A DNA stretch of 10,214 nt from Abditibacteriaceae bacterium (GTDB lineage Bacteria > Armatimonadota > Abditibacteriia > Abditibacteriales > Abditibacteriaceae). Position numbers and translations under genes: made by a program. Where the stretch lies: NCBI GenBank assembly GCA_031372065.1, contig JANMKN010000266.1, positions 1 to 10,214 of the forward strand. The letters are read 5' to 3'. Below, in pieces: positions 6,176 to 10,214 of the stretch. The notes beneath the pieces were generated by a model. The model had not been told where the DNA came from. It made no database searches and saw only the letters and a list, made by a program, of their open reading frames with translations. Numbering within the stretch: the stretch's first letter is position 1; each line of letters starts with the position of its first letter.

Positions 6176-8023
6176 ATGCCCACGATTCGCCAGCGGAAAG
6201 GCTGAGGGAGCAAGCCCTGCCGTGAGCAGGAAGCGAAGCCGCAGGAAGCAAAGCAAGAAGCCACTCCACAATCAAAAATGACAATTGAAGCGAACAACGG
6301 CTTAATTACCAGCACAGTGACGATAGTCACGGCAGCGCGCAATGCCGCGTTGTTTTTAGGCGCCTGCGCGCGCAGTGTTTTTGTGCAAAGTTCGACGCAG
6401 TGGCGCTGGGTTATCGTGAACGATGGTTCCACAGATGGCACGCTCGCCATTGCGCGCCAGATCGCGGCCAGTGATGAACGTGTGCGCGTGGTCAATCAGG
6501 GGCAAAAGGGCGTCTCGGCGGCGCGCAATGCGGCGTTTTTCCAAGTGGATCATCCTGACGGAAATCCCACATCGGAAAGCACGAGCGAATATATTTTGTT
6601 TTTGGACGCCGATGATGAACTCACGCCGAACGCACTGGAAAAATTGGTGGCACTGGCAAAGCGCTACCCCGGCGCGCCCGCTGTTTGTGGCGCCTTTACG
6701 CTGATCGATGAACGCGGCGCCGCACTGGATTGGTCACCAACGGAAACCCAACTAAAAATAAATCAAAGCGGCCTTCTGACCGGGCAGATTCTTCAGCGCG
6801 ACAATCCGCTGTGGAATCCGGCACAAGTTCTCATCCGACGCAGCGCACTGGAAATGGTGATGGAAAAAGGCAAGGTTTTCGACGAAGCATTTGAAATCGG
6901 CGAGGACTGGGATCTGTGGCGGCGCCTGTCAACCTTTGGCCCTTTTATTTGTGAGCCATTCGTGGCGGTGCATTATCGCAAGCACGCCGCTGGTGTCACC
7001 ACGGCGCGGCGCCCAGAGCTAAGGACAGCAATGGCGCGCATCGCGGAGAAACATAAAAATACACTGGTTCAAAAAAACCTCGTTGATCCGTTGCAGCGCA
7101 TTGAAATTCCCCTCTTTCGTCCGGCGCCGGTGGCAGGGCACGCCATTGTCACGATGTGTAGCGCGGGCTTCGAAAGGTTGCTGGATTCGTTTTTAGGCAG
7201 CTTGAATCGCAATGGCGGTTTGTTGCCGGGCGCGCGTGTTTTCGTGCTGAATATAGACGATAACGCAGCGTGCAACCGTGCTATGAGAGCGCACACCAAG
7301 CAGAATTTAAACGTCACGTCGATTCCCTGCTTTGGCCTGTCGCGCCCATTGCCGGCCAGCAAAGCCGCGCTCTATGCCGCCGCTGAAATAATCGAAGCCG
7401 ACTACTACCTGTGCCTTGATGTGGACACGCTGATTTTGCAATCACTGCGTCCCCTTTTTGAGCAAATGCAAAACGTGGCCGCCCACAAAATTTTATGCGC
7501 GCGCGATGCCAATGGGGATTATCATTGGGCCAACATGGACTTTGGTGTCGCGACTATCGGGGAATATCTGGCAGCGGTTTACGATCTCTGGATGCCGACG
7601 TTTGAAAAGCACGCCACGCGTTTAGGCGCTCCGCTATCGCAAATCGAATACGTGGTAAATGATGGCGTCTTTGGTGGCAGCCGCGCTGCGATGCTGCAAC
7701 TCAGTAACACGCTACGCGAGTGGATGCCGCGCGAGCGCGCCTTTTTAGATGCGCACCCGATTCGCAATCAACTTTTGTTTAATCTTGCCCTTGCCAAAAA
7801 TGATGCCTTTGCGCGCCTCAATGATCTTTACAATGTGCAGGTTCACGCGGTGCAGGGCAACTTGGAAAGGCGCGATAATTCAATGGCTTGGCACCATTCA
7901 AACGGCACGATTTACCCCGCGATTTTGCATTTTACGGGTTACACCAAAAACGCGTTTCCTGACCTGCAACAACAGTTTCGCCTGCAAGAAACCCGTCAAA
8001 ATGCCCTTCAAGGAATGAAATAA
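6176..8023 (+). CDS. Bifunctional glycosyltransferase with N-terminal GT2 and C-terminal GT8-like domains; 581 aa from ATG 6278, or 615 aa from ATG 6176 if the in-frame TGA at 6203-6205 is read through
   Basis: GT2 motifs are VTIVTAARN, VIVNDGSTDGT, GVSAARN, YILFLDADD (DAD 6605-6613) and EDWDLWRRL. The second domain has YLCLDVDTLIL (DVD 7418-7426), VNDGVFGG, NQLLFN, YNVQ and ILHFTG. The domain call is strong, but the 5' extension is inferred. Confidence 0.85.
6227..6262 (+). repeat. Short in-frame tandem repeat QEAK-P-QEAK-QEA
   Basis: The units are CAGGAAGCGAAG / CAGGAAGCAAAG / CAAGAAGCC. The differences among the Q-E-A codons are all at synonymous third positions in the frame of ATG 6176. 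Confidence 0.75.
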
Positions 8024-10214
8024 TGCCTTTAGCCACTGCGCCAACTATCGCTGATTACAGAGATTTCGTTGAAAGCTACAATTCGGGCACGGGCCACACC
8101 GTGCGGTGCCTTGCCAGCAATCCGTTGCCCGCTGGCGCCACCTCGATGGTCTTTCGCGTCTATGATGTGAGCGGCGCTCTGTTTTGGCAATCGGCGGATT
8201 TAATCTTTGCGAGCGGTTGGGTTAATGCCCCGGCGATCACCAGCATAGGCTATCGGGGCTATTTGCAATGGTTTTCGAAGAATGGAACCGGCGAAACGGC
8301 GGGGCCAAAGTTTGGCTTTGACCTGAATCCCACGGATTTCCCCGAACTGTTTGGCGAAACGGGGCCTCTGGTCTTCAGCGACGAGGCGCCCGCGTTGGAT
8401 TCGCCACAAGACGGCGATAACATCTTGCACATCGCCAGCATTATGTGTCTGGGCGCATCCATCGCGGATATTGGCTATGATGCCAGTGCGGCCTTTTTAG
8501 GTAACCCTGGCTCAGACTTCGCGCGTTTGCACGTTAAAGAAGCTCCCGACGATACGGTCAATAGTGGCATCGCCGACATTGATGTTGAAACCATTGAGAC
8601 AACCATCGGGATCGGGCTTATCTCTCCGGCGCCGCTGGTGTGGATGCTGGGCAATTCACATGGCCTGACTTGGGGGCCGCAAAGCAGCATTGAGTTTGTT
8701 CCTGTATTGGGCGTTCGCGATTTGGCGTTGATCGGTGCCACTTTTCTGGGCGCGCGGTGGCACACAGAAGATGCCACGCCCGCTTTCGAGTGGCGCACCG
8801 TTTTTGGCCCACAAACCGAGCGGCGCCTGATGATTCGCGTCAATGCCGTGGGCGGCGCCACACTTTACGACAGCGGGTTTATTACTTCGGGCGAACCCAT
8901 CGCCACCTGCGTGGTTGACCTTGACCCCGGAGATTACATCGCCTCGGTTACGGTCAAGAAAGTGGGCGGCGAAACCAGCGCGCCCGCCACCCTAACGTTT
9001 ATCGTAGACGAAGAGGGTGGCGGAGGGGGCGGTGGTGGTGGTGGCGGCGGCGAGGGCTATTGTTGCCCGCCCGGCTGGACCTATAGCGTGGAATTGGCGC
9101 GCTGCGTGCGTTGCGGCTCCACTGTCGAGGATGCGCCGGACGTGCCCAACGTGCCCGCGCTCGCCAAAGTTTGCACTGTGCCAAAAATCGTCGTCACGGC
9201 GCCGTCGTGGGATGATTCCGACGAGCATCCTACGCAAACGATGGAGTTGCAGCGCCGTGTCAACGCGGGCAGTGGGTTTGGCGCATGGGAAACGGTTCAT
9301 ATTTGGGATAGTCCCGCTGGCACTTACAACGATACCGACGTGGTCTGGTTTTCGGCTTATGAATATCGCGTGCGAGGCTGCAACGATACCGGGTGTAGCG
9401 CGTGGAGCGCCACAGCGTCTCTGACGCTGCAAAGTGGTATGACTATCGCGTGGCTCTCGCCAGCGGCTTTGTCCACGCTTTCCGTCCGTCAGGATTTGAC
9501 GCTTCAGCTCACCGATGACAGCGAGCCGGACGAGTGTGACGATCCCCTTGGTTGCTCGGAAGATGACCCTGAAATTACGCTGTTGATTGATGGCATGGCG
9601 GCCACCATTGACCTTGTTCGAGAATCGGGCACGGCCCGCAACGGGATTTACAAAATCAAGCGCTTCGATACACGCGATTATGCCAATGGGACGCGAACAC
9701 TGACTCTCGAAGCCATCGGCGTAGATTGTTGCCGTGCCCACGCGCTGCGTGATTTTGTTTTCAATAATACATTGCGACGCGGCACACTGTATTTTGAGGA
9801 ACAATATCAAAGCGCGCCGCCCGCTGGTCAAGAATATGGCAAAGCCGAAATCCTGATGCAAAACGAAGCGCTGTATGACCATCCAGCGCGGCGTTACTGG
9901 GTTCGTATGGGATTGACCGCCCTGGCCACCGATCTGGTGGATTGGGAATCGTTAGTTCTTGACCCACTTGCCAAAGTCGCAGCCTTCGATAATCTCCAAG
10001 CCCTCACCGCCGAAGCGTATCAGCACGGCACCACGCCGGAGCGCACGCAAGTCGGCGCTTATGTGCCACTGCTGGTGCCCGGCCCCGAACTCTATTTGGT
10101 GCAGCAATGGAATCCGGTTGAGGTTTTAACTACTTATCTCACCGGGATGGCTGTCGGTGCCGTGCGCTCGATTCGCCGCTACAGCAATGGCCTCTATCAT
10201 GTGTTTGCCAGCAA
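8023..10214 (+). CDS. Large FN3/Ig-like domain protein, probable phage tail/host-interaction protein, 3'-truncated (>730 aa); absent from the supplied ORF track
   Basis: Manual translation from ATG 8023 (TAATG overlap; AAGGA at 8010-8014) gives MPLATAPTIADYRDFVESY... with no stop before the window end. It contains an FN3-like TPAFEW...LYDSGFITSG...DYIASVTV segment, a Gly12 linker, a CCPPGWTY...CVRC motif, the FN3 signature YEYRVRGCNDTGCSAWS (9358-9408), and an Ig-like IAWLSP...ITLLIDG...FDTRDYANGTRTLTLEA segment. Confidence 0.85.
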   Translation, partial: MPLATAPTIADYRDFVESYNSGTGHTVRCLASNPLPAGATSMVFRVYDVSGALFWQSADLIFASGWVNAPAITSIGYRGYLQWFSKNGTGETAGPKFGFDLNPTDFPELFGETGPLVFSDEAPALDSPQDGDNILHIASIMCLGASIADIGYDASAAFLGNPGSDFARLHVKEAPDDTVNSGIADIDVETIETTIGIGLISPAPLVWMLGNSHGLTWGPQSSIEFVPVLGVRDLALIGATFLGARWHTEDATPAFEWRTVFGPQTERRLMIRVNAVGGATLYDSGFITSGEPIATCVVDLDPGDYIASVTVKKVGGETSAPATLTFIVDEEGGGGGGGGGGGGEGYCCPPGWTYSVELARCVRCGSTVEDAPDVPNVPALAKVCTVPKIVVTAPSWDDSDEHPTQTMELQRRVNAGSGFGAWETVHIWDSPAGTYNDTDVVWFSAYEYRVRGCNDTGCSAWSATASLTLQSGMTIAWLSPAALSTLSVRQDLTLQLTDDSEPDECDDPLGCSEDDPEITLLIDGMAATIDLVRESGTARNGIYKIKRFDTRDYANGTRTLTLEAIGVDCCRAHALRDFVFNNTLRRGTLYFEEQYQSAPPAGQEYGKAEILMQNEALYDHPARRYWVRMGLTALATDLVDWESLVLDPLAKVAAFDNLQALTAEAYQHGTTPERTQVGAYVPLLVPGPELYLVQQWNPVEVLTTYLTGMAVGAVRSIRRYSNGLYHVFAS
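9016..9051 (+). repeat. Poly-glycine (Gly12) linker
   Basis: GGT GGC GGA GGG GGC GGT GGT GGT GGT GGC GGC GGC is in frame with ATG 8023. The mixed codons suggest the run is maintained at the protein level. Confidence 0.9.

Larger units (their letters stand above)
1..10214 (+). mobile_element. Probable phage/prophage virion morphogenesis (tail fibre / minor structural) region with embedded glycosyltransferase genes
   Basis: All credible CDSs are co-oriented with overlaps or gaps of at most 46 nt. There are tail-fibre-type motifs in 279-1826 and FN3/Ig domains in 8023-end, large proteins without an obvious signal peptide, and no housekeeping genes. No capsid, terminase or integrase gene is in the window, so this is inference. 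Confidence 0.7.

Noticed and set aside
5442..8023. Host LPS/capsule locus or gtrABC serotype-conversion cassette
   Set aside because: There is no flippase, polymerase, membrane GT or nucleotide-sugar enzyme in the window, and the neighbours look like virion proteins. It is not fully excluded without wider context.
165..8861. Other short alternative-frame and antisense ORFs in the track
   Set aside because: They lie within or across longer, motif-supported, tightly coupled CDSs and mostly have Arg-rich, off-frame-like composition.
8992..9882. 296-aa minus-strand ORF and the 135-aa + ORF at 9017-9424
   Set aside because: Both overlap the stop-free FN3/Ig frame starting at 8023, which has recognisable domain signatures.
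1..10214. Genome-wide TGA reassignment (genetic code 4 or 25)
   Set aside because: There is only one candidate in-frame TGA in more than 3000 codons. TGA ends the fibre gene in a classic ATGA overlap (1823-1826) and appears as a tandem stop at 5426-5428, and the many Trp residues use TGG.
1..10214. CRISPR array, tRNA/rRNA, IS element or integrase
   Set aside because: No regularly spaced repeats, no intergenic space large enough for an RNA gene, and no transposase or recombinase motifs were seen.

Overview
The window is a gene-dense, single-direction (+ strand) cluster of about 7 tightly coupled CDSs that looks like part of a phage/prophage virion (tail/fibre) module. In order: a 5'-truncated small helical protein; a 515-aa Gly/Ala/Ser-rich tail-fibre-like protein with an internal repeat; a 223-aa hypothetical; a ~960-976-aa protein with a duplicated ~95-aa domain; a GT8-like glycosyltransferase; a GT2+GT8-like double glycosyltransferase; and a >730-aa FN3/Ig-domain protein (8023 to the end, missing from the ORF track). 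Three points stand out. (1) Three glycosyltransferase domains sit inside a structural operon, suggesting a virion-glycosylation system. (2) The double GT appears to start at 6176 and to read through an in-frame TGA at codon 10 (KG*GSKPC), which is followed by a small hairpin, so it is a selenocysteine/recoding candidate. (3) The large gene probably starts at a non-canonical ATC (2495) behind a near-perfect Shine-Dalgarno (SD). No hallmark phage gene (terminase, capsid, integrase), RNA gene or CRISPR array is visible, so the phage assignment is an inference from motifs and organisation. All domain calls are by eye, without database searches.
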